Positions 47,731 through 61,061 of a stretch of DNA of 64,000 nt are shown piece after piece. Origin of the DNA: Mobula hypostoma. Lineage: Eukaryota. Made by a program: the position numbers and the translations under genes. Within the stretch, counting starts at the first letter, position 1. Each line of letters starts with the position of its first letter. A model generated the notes under the pieces. It worked only from the letters and a program-made list of their open reading frames with translations. It was not told the origin of the DNA and made no database searches. The stretch spans positions 14,696,001 to 14,760,000 of the forward strand of contig NC_086109.1 in assembly GCF_963921235.1 (NCBI RefSeq), written 5' to 3'.

Positions 47731-48535
47731 AGCGAATGGAATATATATATTTTTTAATTTTATTTAAATTTTTATTTAGAGCTAACAGGTAGCAGACCCT
47801 TCCACTGCAAAAAGCCCACGTGGCCAATTATACCCATAAGTCCAACTAAACTACTAACCAGTACGTCTTTGGAATGTGGAACACCCGGTGGAAACTCACA
47901 CAGTCAAAGGGAGAACGTACATACTCTCTACAGACAGTGGCGGAACTGAACCTGGGTTGTTAGCACAGTAATAGTGTTCCGCTAACCACTTCACTACTGT
48001 GTCGCCTGTTCCTGCAGATGTCAAGTTTCACATATTGCGTCTCTTTGCCAGCTGTAGGAGAACTTCAAGGATAACTTCAGAGTCTCCAGGCAAGCATCAG
48101 CTTGGTAATTTCATAATTCACTGTGGCATTGAAGGAGGCCATTTGGTCCTTCGAGTCTAATCTAGCTCACAGGGTAGCCTCATTCTGCCGTGACCCAGTT
48201 TTCCTGGGAATTTACCCACCAACATGAGGACCAATCCGCATGTGCTTGGGATGTGGAAAGAAACCAAGAGAGATGCAGGAAACACACGCACTCATAGGGA
48301 AAACATGCAAACTCCACGTGGACAGCACCCAAGGGCAGGTTTGAAGTCAACGTTGGAGCTGTCTGACAGCAATGCCCGGTCCTGATGAATGGTCTCGGCC
48401 CAAACCAGCAGCTCTTTATGCCTCTCCATAGATGCTGCCTCACCTGCTGAGTTCCTCCAGCATTTTGTGTACATTACTCTGGATTTCTAGGGTCTATAGA
48501 ATCTCTTGTGCCCAATCCTAATAACCATGTGTAAC

Positions 48536-48793
48536 TGTTATGTTTTGTAACTTCAAAACATTAAATTAATTCAAAGTCCAGGAATGCAGGCTTAACTTCC
48601 TCTTTACTTTAGGTGAGGCACGCACATGTCACGTGGTAGTATGATGATGTATACAACCAACGTATTTTTACATATGACCCGCAATTAATTACAGTATTTA
48701 AATTAATCTTTATTTAAATTATGCTTAATCAAACACTATATATACACAAGATTATGTAAATATTACTGAAAAATGAATATTAAATACACAACA
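48536..48793 (-). mobile_element. Probable LTR of a Gypsy-type element
   Basis: TGTTA...CAACA termini and AT-rich LTR-like body; no TSD found. Confidence 0.45.
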
Positions 48794-49211
48794 TTCTCAG
48801 TCGCAGAGGCTCAGTAAAGTTCAGTGTTACTAACCTGGCTCCAAGACAAACCAGTATGTTTTCACAATGGTTCTCACTGACTTTCGTCTTGTCAGCAAAG
48901 AGTTCCAGTTGTTAATGACACTTTAATAGCCTGCTGTCCCAACCCTCAGACAGCTAACACAAAGAATGACAGTGGCAATTTGAAAATGACAAAAGAAAAG
49001 GAAGACTTCATGGTTTGGCAGTTTATTCAGTGATGGTCGGGTACAAATGCCACATGCATTAACGCCAGCGAACTATATAAAGGTACTGACTCACAATCTG
49101 TGCTTTGTTACAGGAACTGATCGTATAGCAGACATTTTCTCAATGAGTTCTGGAACTCAAGCAGGTCCAGACAGATACCAATGATCCTCCACACATTCCC
49201 GGATACTGTTT

Positions 49212-49540
49212 CAAAGTCCAAAGTATATTTATTATCAAAGTACATCTATGTCACCAAATACTACCCTGAGATTCATTTTCTTGCAGGTGTTCACAGTGGA
49301 ACAAAGAAATACAATGAAATCAATGAAAAACTACACACAGACTGACAAATGTGCAAAAGACAAACTGGGCAAATACAAATAAATAAATAAATGCATAAAT
49401 AAATAATATTGAGGACACATTTGTTGCTTGTCAGTCTTTCTGTGCAGTTTTTCATTAATTCTACGATATTTCTGCATGAATTTGAATCTCAGGGTAGTAT
49501 TTGGTGATATACATGTAGAGTCCTTGAAAGTAAATCCACT
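49212..49540. repeat. Two Rex1/Babar 3' UTRs in inverted orientation
   Basis: ATACTACCCTGAGATTCA..GAAAAACTACACA vs TGTGCAGTTTTTC..TGAATCTCAGGGTAGTAT. Confidence 0.7.
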
Positions 49541-50009
49541 TTGAATCAATAAAGCGTTTTTTTAAATTCAAGTTTGAGTCTCAGGTTTTGTGTTATTATC
49601 AGCTTGGCTTGTATCAGTCCACATACAAAAACGATTTTACAAGGCATGATTTAAAAAGGCTGCAAAATTACAGGAGCAGAATCAGGTTTAATAGCACTGA
49701 CAGAGTATGTCGTGAAATCTGCTGTTTTACGGTGGCATTACAGTGCACCACACAAAATATACTATAAATTACAGTAAGAAATTCATGTTAAAAATTAAAT
49801 TAAATAAGTAATGAAGAAAGTGAGCAAAAAATAGTGACTTAGTGTTCATGGGTTGGTTCAGAAATCTGATGGTGGACAATGATTCACCGTGACCAAAAGT
49901 TACAGCCAGATGGAACTTCATTTTGCTGGCATTCATCCTGAAAATCCAGAAATCAGCATCTTGCTTATGTCACTTCCATCGATTTCAGCATGTCTTAGCT
50001 GCCTGTGTT

Positions 50010-50300
50010 TTTATTTTTATATATTTTATTTTATTGAGGTACGGCACAGAATAGGGCTTTTGAGCCGCGACGCCTGTCAATCCCCCTTTAGTCCAAGCCT
50101 AATCACGGGACAATTTACAATGACTAATTATCCTCCCAACCATGCTGTCTTTGGACTGGGGGAGGAAACCGGAGCACCCAGAGGAAACCCACGTGGTCAC
50201 GGGGAGAACGTACAAACTCCTTACAGGCAGTGGCAGGAATTTAACCCGGGTCACCTGAACTTCAAAGCGTTACACTTAGCACTACGCTACTGATACGCCC
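50010..50300 (-). mobile_element. HE1-like SINE
   Basis: GTCTTTGGACTGGGGGAGGAAACCGGAGCACCCAG block, B-box complement GGAATTTAACCCGGG. Confidence 0.85.
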
Positions 50301-50489
50301 TTTAGCACTGTCGGTCAAAGGGAATGGGTCTTGTACCAATAACTGTTATCTCCCTTGTGACCAAGTCAATATTTTGATAATGGTCCCTCCCACATTGCAA
50401 AGACACTCAAGCTGCCCGGTTAACTGGCCACTAGATATTGCCCTTAGTCTGGAGATGAGTGGTAGAATCTGGGGAGAGTTGTGAAATCA

Positions 50490-51420
50490 TAGTACACAAG
50501 AGCACAGAAACAGGCCCTTCAGCCAATCTAGTCCATGCTGGCCCGGACCTCTCTCATCTTTGTACCTATGCAAACTTCTCTTAAATGTTACAATTGAAAC
50601 ATACATCTCCCACCTCTGCTGACAGCTCACACCACCCTCTGAGTGAAGAGGTTCCTCCCCCACCACCAGGTTCCTCTGAAAAATTTCAACTCTCCCCCAT
50701 AACCTTTAGTTTTAGGCTCATCGAACCTCAGTGACAAAAGCCTGCTTGCATTTACCCTATCAATTTTTTTTTTTGCCCTTAACTCCGAGTGGAGTCATTG
50801 GGACGCCATCATGACGGCGTTTTTTTTAAGCAGGCTTTCTTATTTTTACGAGGCCGAGTTGCTAGCTCGACGCTCAACCCAGCACAGACGGAAAGCGTGC
50901 AAGGGAGCCGGCTGGATTTGAACTTGGGAGCCTTCACTCTGAAGTCTGGCGCTGATGCCACTACGCCACCAGCTGGCCAGCTTATCAATACCCCTGATAA
51001 TTTTGTATACCTCTATAATTTCTTCCCTCATTCCCCTGTGCTCCAAGAAATAAAGTCCTGACCTATCAACCATTTCCTATAACACAGGTCCTCAAGTCCC
51101 ACCAACATCTTTGTAAATTTTCTCTGTACTCTTTCACGTTGTTATTTTCCTGAAGGTAGTGACCAGAACTACACACAATACTCCAAACCCAGCCTCACCA
51201 ACGTCTTATACAACTTCAACATAACATCACAATCTCCTGTACTCAGTACCCTGATTTATAAAAGCCAATGTGCCAAAAGCTTTCTTTACAACCCTATCTA
51301 CCTATGATGCCTCATTCCAGGATTCATGATCTGTATTTCCAGATCTTTTGCCCTAGAGTATACCTCAGTGCATTACTATTAAATATGTATGCCCTGCCAT
51401 GGTTTATCCTGCCATCCCAC
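50490..51420 (-). mobile_element. CR1 3' fragment interrupted by a SINE (50770-50977)
   Basis: GLYFLEHRGMREEIIEVYKIIRGIDK on the reverse strand. Confidence 0.8.
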
Positions 51421-51439
51421 ATAGCCTTCCATTTTTTCT

Positions 51440-51770
51440 TTCATCCCTGTGCCCAAGGTCACCCTTGGGCAAGGTGTAGCACCTACATAGCCCCCCTGAT
51501 CAGGGTCACGTGACTCCATGGGACCAGGTGGTGGATGGTTGTATGAGCAGCTGGTACATATCATAATGACTGGTTATGTGACCACCGACACCAGGCAGAC
51601 AACCTCTGAAGTGTTCTGATAATGGCTGGGGTCACCCATCTTGTAAAGACACTGCCCAGAAGAAGACAAAGGCAAGCCACTTCTGTAGAAGAATTTGCCA
51701 AGAACAATCACAGTCATGGAAAGACCATGATCACCCATGTCTTGCAGCACAGCACGTAACGAACGAGCAA
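51440..51770 (+). mobile_element. Non-autonomous RTE-tailed element
   Basis: GAAGAAGACAAAGGCAAGCCACTTCTG RTE-type tail and (AACG)n end; 5' hairpin TGCCCAAGG-tcac-CCTTGGGCA. Confidence 0.6.
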
Positions 51771-52025
51771 ACGTATCTGCCTCCACCACCACCAGCCCAG
51801 CAGAGCATTCCACACCTCCACCCTTCTCTATGTGAGAAATCGACCAGACATCCCCTTATACTTTCCTCGAATCACCATAAAATTACGCCTTCTCACCTTA
51901 GCCATTTCTGTTATAGGTAAAAGGTATTCTGTTTATGCCTTTTTGTCGTGTACACTCCATCAAATCACCTCTCATCCTCTTTCACTCCAAAGAGAAAACC
52001 CTAGCTACTTGACCTTTCTTCATAA

Positions 52026-52658
52026 ATTGGCGGGAGGAGAGAGAAGCAGCGCGCTGCGCGTGCGCAACCCTCCGGTGAAAAATGATATTGTATCCGTTAA
52101 ATAGGGGCCGTGGACAATTCTGATTTGATGGAGACAGACGTGAAAGCACAGAAGAACATCTGGAGAAATTTCTGAAATGCCAGTTCGCTGCTGTTGTTAT
52201 TGCATGGTCGGGAATCTTCCGGAGGGAAGGCCTCAAAATCCCCGGCCTTGCCTGCTGTTGGTGACCGAGATGGAGGTCCAATCATTCGGACAGAGATGGC
52301 GCTCAGTACTTGGTGTCGGAGAGCTGATCGGAGGCTCGAAGTTTTCGGATGACTCAGAGTCGGACTGCGGTCGGGCATGGCAGGGAGAGTTTTTCTTCCT
52401 TCTCCTGTCTGTGTAAGATGTGGGACATTTGAGAGACTTTGAACTTTTTACTGTGCTCATGGACTTCTTCATCAAGTTATGGTATTGTTGCACTGTTGTA
52501 ACTATATGTTATAATTATGTGGTTTTGTTAGTTTTTTCAGTCTTGGTCTGTCCTGTGTTTTGTGATATCACACCGGAGGAATATTGTATCATTTCTTAAT
52601 GCATGCATTACTAAATGACAATAAAAGAGGACTGCGTGTCTTCATAATCTAAATCTAA
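52026..52658 (+). mobile_element. CpG-rich non-coding retroposon with LINE-like 3' tail, inserted in CR1
   Basis: GC/CpG-rich head GCAGCGCGCTGCGCGTGCGC, tail GACAATAAA..(AATCTA)n; flanks join as CR1. Confidence 0.6.
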
Positions 52659-53865
52659 AAGATGCTCTCCAATCTAGGTGGCTTCCTTTTAAACTCCACT
52701 ACACCCTGTCTAAAGCTTCCACATCTTTGACCAGAACCGAACCCAATTCTCCAACATGTGGTCTAACCGTTGATTTATAGAGCCGTAGGTTTTATATGTG
52801 TAGGATTAGTTTAAAATTGGCGCTTGAGGGTTTCAGCAAGACTCAGTGGGCTTGCTTCTTCGCTGTATCTCTCAATGAATTCATAAGAAACATCCCAGAA
52901 AATGGCTCCTACCTCTGCCCTTTTCCGTAACAGTTATAATTCCTGCAATCCAGTGATAATATACACAGGCTAACATTATCACAGGGCAGCAGAATGCCTC
53001 CTTAGGGACCAGTCAGCGGCATACTGGGTCTTTCCCTCTGGTCACAAAAGGGATTAGGAAGTGGGTGTAGGCGAGCTATTAAAATACTAATTAGTTTGAG
53101 ATGGAGTGGAAAACTTGGCCCAGGGGATTGGGCCTGGATAACACCATCAGTGAACACAACCTCCATCTGGAAAATCCAGGGAGGAAATAAAAATCATAAG
53201 AAAATGAATGATATAGACAATAAATCTCCGAGATGGCTGGAGGCGCTTCAGTAACAATATGCTTATCTCGCTTTGAGAGTGAAGGTCATCATCAGTAGTT
53301 CTTATAATGGAACTGTTACCAGGACTTCAGCGATAGTCAGATGATTAAATATCCTCAAAAGGAAGCTAATTAATCACCGAAGTGTTTATTCAAGACTCGC
53401 GTCCAAAAGATGCGATAATTGCACGTTGGTCGTTTGTTAGTCTTTGTTTGTGCGTAGTTTTTCAGCAATTCTATTCTGTTCTACTGTGAATGCCTGCAAG
53501 AAAATCAATCTCAGGGTAGGATACTGCAACATAAATGTACTGTGATAATAAGTTTACTTTGAACTTTAATTGCAGCTATATAACACATCATGAGCCTCTG
53601 CCATTTAACAGAATCAGAATCAGGTTTAATATCACCGGCATATGATACGTTGTGAAATTTGTTAACTTTGGTGCAGCAGTACGATGCAATACATAATAGA
53701 GAAGAATCTGTGAATTACAGTAAGTATATATATACTGTATATATGTGTGTATATATGTATATCAAATAGTTAAATTAAATAAGTAGTGTAAAAATAGAAA
53801 TAAAAAAGTAGTGAATTCATGGGTTCAATGTCCATTCAGAAATCAGATAGCAGAGGGGAAGTTTG

Positions 53866-54557
53866 AGATATACTGGGGTGATATGCTGTGTCCGGTGCTC
53901 CCGATGTGGCTTTCTATATATTGGCGAGACCCGACACAGACTGGGAGATTCGTTTCGCTGAACACCTACGCCCTGTCCACCAGAGAAAGCAGGATCTCCC
54001 AGTGGCCACACATTTTAATTCCACATCCCATTCACATTCTGATATGTCTGTCCAAGGCCTCCTCTACTGTAAAGTTGAAGCCACATTCAGGTTGGAGGAA
54101 CAACACCTTATATTCCGTATGGGTAGCCTCCAACCTGATGGCATGAACATTGACTTCTCAGACTTCCGCTAATGCCCCACCTCCCCGTCGTACCCCATCC
54201 GTTATTTATTTATATACACACATTCTTTCTCTCTCTCTCCTTTTTCTCCCTCTGTCCCTCTCACTATACCCCTTGCCCATCCTCTAGGTTTTTCCCCCCC
54301 TCCCCCTTTCCTTTCTCCCTGTCCCATGATCCTCTCATATCCCTTTTGCCAATCACCTGTCCAGCTCTTGGCTCCATCCTCCCCCTCCTGTCTTCTCCTA
54401 TCATTTTGGATCTCCCCCTCCCCCTCCCACTTTCAAATCTCTTACTAACTCTTCCTTCAGTTAGTCCTGACGAAGGGTCTCGGCCTGAAACGTCAACTGT
54501 ACCTCTTCCTAGAGATACTGCCTGGCCTGCTGCGTTCACCAGCAACTTTGATGTGTG
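53866..54557 (+). mobile_element. Penelope-like element GIY-YIG + terminus (hammerhead motif 54463-54498)
   Basis: RFAEHLRPVHQRKQDLPVATHFN..LEEQHLIFRMGSLQPDGMN; 3' UTR nearly identical to 21130-21524. Confidence 0.92.
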
Positions 54558-54559
54558 TA

Positions 54560-55545
54560 TCATGAATAGCACTGATGCTTCACTCCCAGAAGAGCTCAAT
54601 GCCTGTTATACACGCTTTGAAAAAGAGAATAAAACTACACCTGTGTGAACCCTGCAACATCTGGTGACCCTGAGATCTCTGCCTCAGAGGCCCCAATCAG
54701 AGCCTCTTTCAAGAGGTGAAACAGCGCTAGACATCAAGCCCTGAAGCTGTACATGGTAGGGCTCTGAAAACCTCTGCCAACCAGCTGGCAGGGGTGATCA
54801 AGAACATCTTCAATATCTCTCACTGCTGCAGTCGAGTTTCCCAACAGCTTCAAAAGGACAACAATCATGCTAGTGCCCAGGAAGAAGAGTGTGAGCTGCC
54901 TTAATGGCTATTGTCCAGTAACGCTCACATCTTCAGTGAGGAAGTACTTTGACAGGTTGCAACTCCTGTCTCAGCAAGGACCTGGACCAACTGCAATTTG
55001 CCTATCCCACAATAAGTCCATGGCAGGTGTGATCTCACTGGATCTTCACAGGGCCTTGAATTGTCTAGGCAACACAAATACCTATGTCAGGATGCAGTTT
55101 ATCAACTACAGTTCAGCGTTTAATACCACCATTCCTACAATTTTAATCAAAAAGCTCTAGAACTTTGGCCTCCGTATCTCCCTCTGCAAATGGACCCTCG
55201 ACTCCCTGACCAGAAGACTACAATCCGTGCAGCTTGGAAATAAAATCTCCACCTCGCTAATAATCAACACTGGCACACCTAAGGGATTTGTGCCTAGCCC
55301 ACTGCTCTACTCTCTCTATACTGTACCCATGACTTTGTGGCTAGGCATAGCTCAAATGCCATCTATAAGTTTGCTAATGTTATAGATTGACTGAATCTCA
55401 GATGGTGGCGCAAGGGTGTACAGAAGTAAGATATACCAGCTAGTTGAGTGGTGTCACAGCAACAACCTCGCATTCAATGTCAGCAAGTTGACATTGAATG
55501 TGGACTTCAGAAAGGGTAAGATGAGGGAACACACACCAGTCGACA
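54560..55545 (+). mobile_element. Decayed Rex1/Babar RT-domain fragment
   Basis: DASLPEELNACYTRFE, VPRKKSVSCLNGYCPVTLTS, YVRMQFINYSSAFNTTIP, TGTPKGFVPSPLLYSLY. Confidence 0.85.
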
Positions 55546-55569
55546 CCACATGGTATTGTTGAAAAAAAA

Positions 55570-55775
55570 TAAAATCCAGCAATTTTGCCCATGCTGAAAA
55601 TCCTGAGTAACACATACAAAATGCTGGAAGAACTCAACAGTTAAAGGCAGCATCTATGAGGAGGAATAAAGAGTCAACATTTCAGGCCGAGAGCCTTCAT
55701 CAGTAGGGTCTCAGCCCAAAGTGTCGACTCTTTATTCCTCTCCATAGATTCCTCCAGCATTTTGTGTATGTTACT
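55570..55775. mobile_element. Fold-back Penelope-like terminus
   Basis: GAGGAATAAAGAGTCAACA..CTTCATCAG followed by inverted AGGGTCTCAG..GTCGACTCTTTATTCCTC. Confidence 0.8.
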
Positions 55776-56112
55776 GCTGGAAAATGTCCAATTGCTGACT
55801 TTTATGCTTCTCTCAAAATCTGTGGAAAACAGTGCTTATTGTTCCTGGGAAAAGACACACAGCGTCCAAGAGACCGGAGGGAGAATGGGTTGAAGAGAGC
55901 AATGCACTCAAACATTACCGACACCAACACAAAGGAGAAACACAATGGCATAACCAAGAATTGAAGAGTGACAAAGAGACGGGGACAAACACGAGTGATC
56001 AGACATGAAATAATGAGACACAAAAAAAGAGCAATTAAACAGCATAATCCATGAGAGCTGGCACGAGCAGGCATCAGGCAGGGAAGGTGCAAATTACACA
56101 GATAAAAGAGCA

Positions 56113-56284
56113 ACACACACAAAATGCCAGATGAACTCAGCAGGTCAGGCAGCATTTATGGAAAAGAATAAACAGTCCATGTTTCGGGCTGAGACCCTTC
56201 ATCAGGACTGGTGCTGAGTTCCTCCAGTATTCTGTGTGGATTGCTGAAGATTTCCAACATCTGCAGAGTCTCCTGTGTGTACAA
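56113..56284. mobile_element. Fold-back Penelope-like terminus
   Basis: Minus arm ends CCCTTCATCAGGACTG; TSD ATAAAAGAGCA (56102-56112 / 56285-56295). Confidence 0.8.
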
Positions 56285-56536
56285 ATAAAAGAGCAGCAGG
56301 TCGCTGTAATCCGGAAGAGTGAAAAAACCAGAGAGAGCGAGAGCACATCTGTAAAAGAGGGCAAGGCAGCAAGAGGAAGAGAGACAGAGGGAGAAAGGGT
56401 CACAAAATGAGAAACACACACACACACACAAAGGAGCGAGGGAAGGAGAGGCACATATACACAGCAGAGGAATGAGAGAGGAAACAGGCATACATACGTG
56501 CGGACACACACATGAAAATACAAGGGTGATTCATAG

Positions 56537-57374
56537 CAGTGTTCCCTCTAAGGTGTGCGTGTGTGCACACATCTTTTGTTACCAGCACAGAGAGGAACTT
56601 AAACTGCGCACAAAAGGTTGTCACCCTCTACCTCATCAGCATGTTAAGTATGTTTTCATGATCGTACACGATCACATTTCCTTTTCCAGTTTCTGATGGG
56701 GACAGTTTTGACAACGTGGAGTTTGCGGTGATTTGTCTGCAATAAAACTGGCTTATTCATACCGTTTTTATTGAAGAAATTATTGATTCACGATGTCAAG
56801 TTCCAAAGAAGCAAAGGATGTGAAGTGCAAAAGAACTGCTATTTCATTTAAGGCAGAATGGCTTAATGAAACAGTAGAAACTGCTACACTGAAAGCTCAT
56901 GAGGTCAGGAGCGTGCAGCTATGAGAAATATTTATATACAATACAGAAACTGGTGTTACCTGTACGTATTGTGGTGATGCAAAAGTTGCTGGAGGATTTG
57001 CAAGTGGGAAGAAGTGGAGTGATATTTGAAAACCTGATTTCTTAAAGCATCATTTAGCAAGCAAATCACATATGGTCAGTGTGCAAATTTTGTAAGTTTT
57101 GTTTGATCATTTCAAACAATTTTAAAAACATGAAAAGATTGATGGTCTTACATGTTGTCATATACTATATGAGAAGTAAGACTTATTGATGTGTATTATT
57201 TTATTTCTTTTAAGCAATGAACAACAAACTGGACTTGGTAGCTTATTATCCCTAGAATAGCTTCAGGTTTACTTCCACTTAAAAACTCAGTGTGCACATG
57301 TTGTTGCTGGGCAAAAAATTGCACGGCATAAGATTTTAACGCAAACTAGTCATTACAAATTAGAAGGAACACTG
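56537..57374 (+). mobile_element. Internally deleted hAT-Tip100-like transposon (838 bp)
   Basis: TIRs CAGTGTTCCCTCTAA / TTAGAAGGAACACTG (14/15); ATG 56793 MSSSKEAK..FKAEWL..VTCTYC..FLKHHLASKSH (TTF-type zinc finger, two stops); TSD only 5/8. Confidence 0.8.
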
Positions 57375-59227
57375 GTTGAGAGGAACATACCAATACGCAC
57401 ATACACAAAAATGAGGGAGGAGTGAGCAAGAGGGAAAGACACAACCATGGAGGAGAGGAGGGGAAGCATGAAAGAGGGAGAGAGAAACAAAAGAACAGAG
57501 ACACATTGGGGAGGTGAAGGTGAGAAGCCGGGAGACAGGAGTTGGAGGGAGGAAAGGGGATTGTTTTGTTGCTGTGGTTGTTGTTTTGTTGCTTGTTGTG
57601 TTCCTGTTTTGTTCTGCTGAGAATTGTGGGCATGTTCTGTTTGCACTGGGATGTGTGGAAGCTGACATTCTCTACCACTCGAGTCAAACATGAGGAATTA
57701 TCTATTGGTGGGTTGTCAGGTAGCTATAGATGCCGATCCGCGACCCACAGAAATCTGACACAGAAGGAGGATGGAGCAGGGAATGGAGGAGTTTGGAAGT
57801 AGAACTAGTGGAAGGAATGTATGGGTGATGGGCAGATGAAGGTCTCCATCTGTATCTCAGAACACAACAATAATAAACCAATTCCACTTCCAAGATTTTT
57901 CCAAGATTTCTGGTTTAAGATGTTAGACAAATATCAAGGTTGTATAATTTATACATGCTTTGATAATAAATGTACTTGAATCTTGGAGATAGCACACTGG
58001 ACTCTGCAGAAAAAGGGTCTAAATGTTTGTTGACACTAATCTTCATTCGCAGAATCTTTGCCATTTTCCTCTCTCATCTCCCTCAAGGGAATAACTCGTA
58101 CAAATATGTAGCATTAGCTGTGTGGAAACGTATCTGTAACCCTGAAGTCATTATGAATTTGTGACTTTTGTAAAATGTAATGTTATGATAAGGTGCTTTG
58201 CCGGTTTGGATGAGAAAACTTACAAGCGTGCTTGTGTAATATGGAAACAAACTATTTTCTTTGAGGGCAGGCAATTGTTTTATGGCCAGAGGGGATGTTT
58301 GATACTGGGGCAACAGGATGGAACTTCTAAAGATTAAATGTGTGAACAAGATAAGGATGAAGATAACAGAGGAATGTAATGTTACGGAATGGAGCAACTG
58401 TTCTTTGTTAAAAAGGTATTAAAGTACTTTGGCTGAAACAGAAGAGCGGAGCTATATTTCCAGATGAAACTTGGCTGTAAGTATATCTCCCCTTGCAAGT
58501 AAAATAATAAATGCATTAATAATGTCATGCACTCTGAATTTCTTGTATTTTGTTTCTTTAGAAGGCCTAGCTGAACGGTACATGACACAATTTGGAACTT
58601 CAACTGAGACCGCTTGTCGAGTAGCGGCAGAGACACGGGAAATTCAGAAGACAGAACTGCCTCAGGGAAACTCCTCGGGAGTAGCAGCCACCGAAGGAAA
58701 AGCAAGTTGTTCGCCCTCGGCAGTTGGACTTTCATTTTGTCTTGCTTTCGCCCTATACACTGCAATTAACGCTATAGTCTTGAGTGGATTAGTTTCTCTC
58801 GTTATGATTCTGACGCATTTGGCGTGACAACAGAAACTTTGACTAAGGAAAGCGGTCGACCTGGCATCTGGGATGCATGAAAGAGACGTGCACAAACGTA
58901 TTGGATAGTTTTTAGCGTCGGGGACACTTATGCAGGTCGACCTAGAGTCGGGGACGCTTGAAATTTTTCTGAGGTAATATGAGAAAGGAAATTAGTATAC
59001 TTTCCAATAATGGAAGGGTGTCAGGGACACCGGGTGCCAGAACTATATGCTGAAATGTATTTAACCCTACAGGATGCTGTCGGGAAAACTGGTAAGTTGT
59101 TAGAATATTGGTAAATGTAAATAGAACAAAATATTGATAAAGTAAAAGACAGGGCAGGGTGCATCTTTCCCTGATCCTGAACGAGAGATCAACACATGAA
59201 AGAGAAAGTAACAATGGAAATAACACA

Positions 59228-59795
59228 CAACGCACATCAAAGTTGCTGGTGAACGCAGCAGGTCAGGCAGCATCTCTAGGAAGAGGTACAGTCAACGTTT
59301 CGGGCCGAGATCCTTCGTCAGGACTAACTGAAAGAAGAGCTAGTAAGAGATTTGAAAGTTGGAGGGGGAGGGGGAGATCCGAAATGAAAGGAGAAGACAG
59401 GAGGGGGAGGGATGGAGCCAAGAGCTGGACAGGTGATTGGTAAAAGGGATATGAGAGGATCATGGGACAGGAGGCCCAGGGAGGAAGAAAAGGGGGAGGG
59501 GGGAAACCCAGAGGATGGGCAAGGGGTATATTCAGAGGGACAGAGGGAGAAAAAGGAGAGAGAGAGAAAGAATGTGTGTATATAAATAAATAACGGATGG
59601 GGTACGAGGGGGAGGTGGGGCATTAGCAGAAGTTTGAGAAGTTAATGTTCATGCCATCAGGTTGGAGGCTACCCAGACGGAATATAAGGTGTTGTTCCTC
59701 CAACCTGAGTGTGGCTTCATCTTTACAGTAGAGGAGGCCGTGGATAGACATATCAGAATGGGAATGGAACGTGGAATTAAAATGTGTGGCCACTG
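59228..59795 (-). mobile_element. Young Penelope-like copy inserted in proviral gag (hammerhead motif 59290-59325)
   Basis: PVATHFNSTFHSHSD..LEEQHLIFRLGSLQPDGMN; TSD GGAAATAACACA (59216-59227 / 59796-59807). Confidence 0.92.
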
Positions 59796-60916
59796 GGAAA
59801 TAACACAAAGTGTTTAAAGCAGAGACAAAAACTGCAGAGCTATCTTGCTGCACAGAGAGGAATAATTTGTGCTTTTGGATCTGAGAGGGGCAAAGAAAAT
59901 GAATATGTAAATATGGATTGGAATGATGGAGCAGATAAGGTGACCAGATATGGTAATGATGAAGATTCCACCCCCCCCCTCCACCCCTAGTTACTATCAG
60001 AGAGAGAGGAAAGGAGATTGATTATAATGTGCTTGCATCTGAACATACACTCCACTTTGCCAGAAGCGCAGTGACATGCTAGGAGAATAATGAAGAATTA
60101 AGGGATCCGATACTGACCGTTATGGGCTATAACAGTGGGGACCCCATTGAGGAGTTACAGAAATGTTACCAGAGGAAAGGAGAACACCCCTCTGTATTTG
60201 GAGTCCCATTTGTGGATGGTGTTCCAAGGAGAGTGTAGATCAATATCAGATCCAGATCACTTAGAGACAAGACCCACAAATAGATGGTCAAGAGCATTAG
60301 TGTCTCATAGGTGCCGACGAATTTAGAAGGATGTCAGAACTGTTTGATCCCAGTGACCCTACATGTACTGAGGCATGGATACTTAGGAAAATGGGAGGAG
60401 CTGCAGGAGCTAGACTTTAACTTTGGGAATACTCCAGAGGCAGCTGGAGTGTTCTCCCTTTGAGAAAATGCATGGGATAGTGTGTGGGGAAATGCAGCTC
60501 AGGGGAGAAACCAGCAGGAAGATTATAGCAGGGAAGTAACACTGCACTGGAGTGCACCTTCACGTAATCAGGGAAGCAGTTGTCGGGCTCATATCTGCTG
60601 TGGTAATGTGGGTCATTATGCTCAGAACTGCAGAGCAAACAGTTAATTTAATTTAAATCCCAACAAAAAAAACAGAGACTGGTGATAAGGGTCAGAGTAT
60701 GTTGGAATGTTGGTTAATGTGGGGATTTCATGCTTTAAATTTGTTGAATAACTTCAACAGTTTTTTGTCTTTAGAGTAACATATTTCCTCCATGTGTTGT
60801 CGAATTGTAACTGAATATTGTGGTAACGATTTAACCCTGAGGAACAAGAGATTTTCTGAGATGGTTTAAAGTGTAAATGGTTTTGCATGTAAAGTGTGGC
60901 CACAACTGAGTTAATA

Positions 60917-61061
<145 letters not shown>

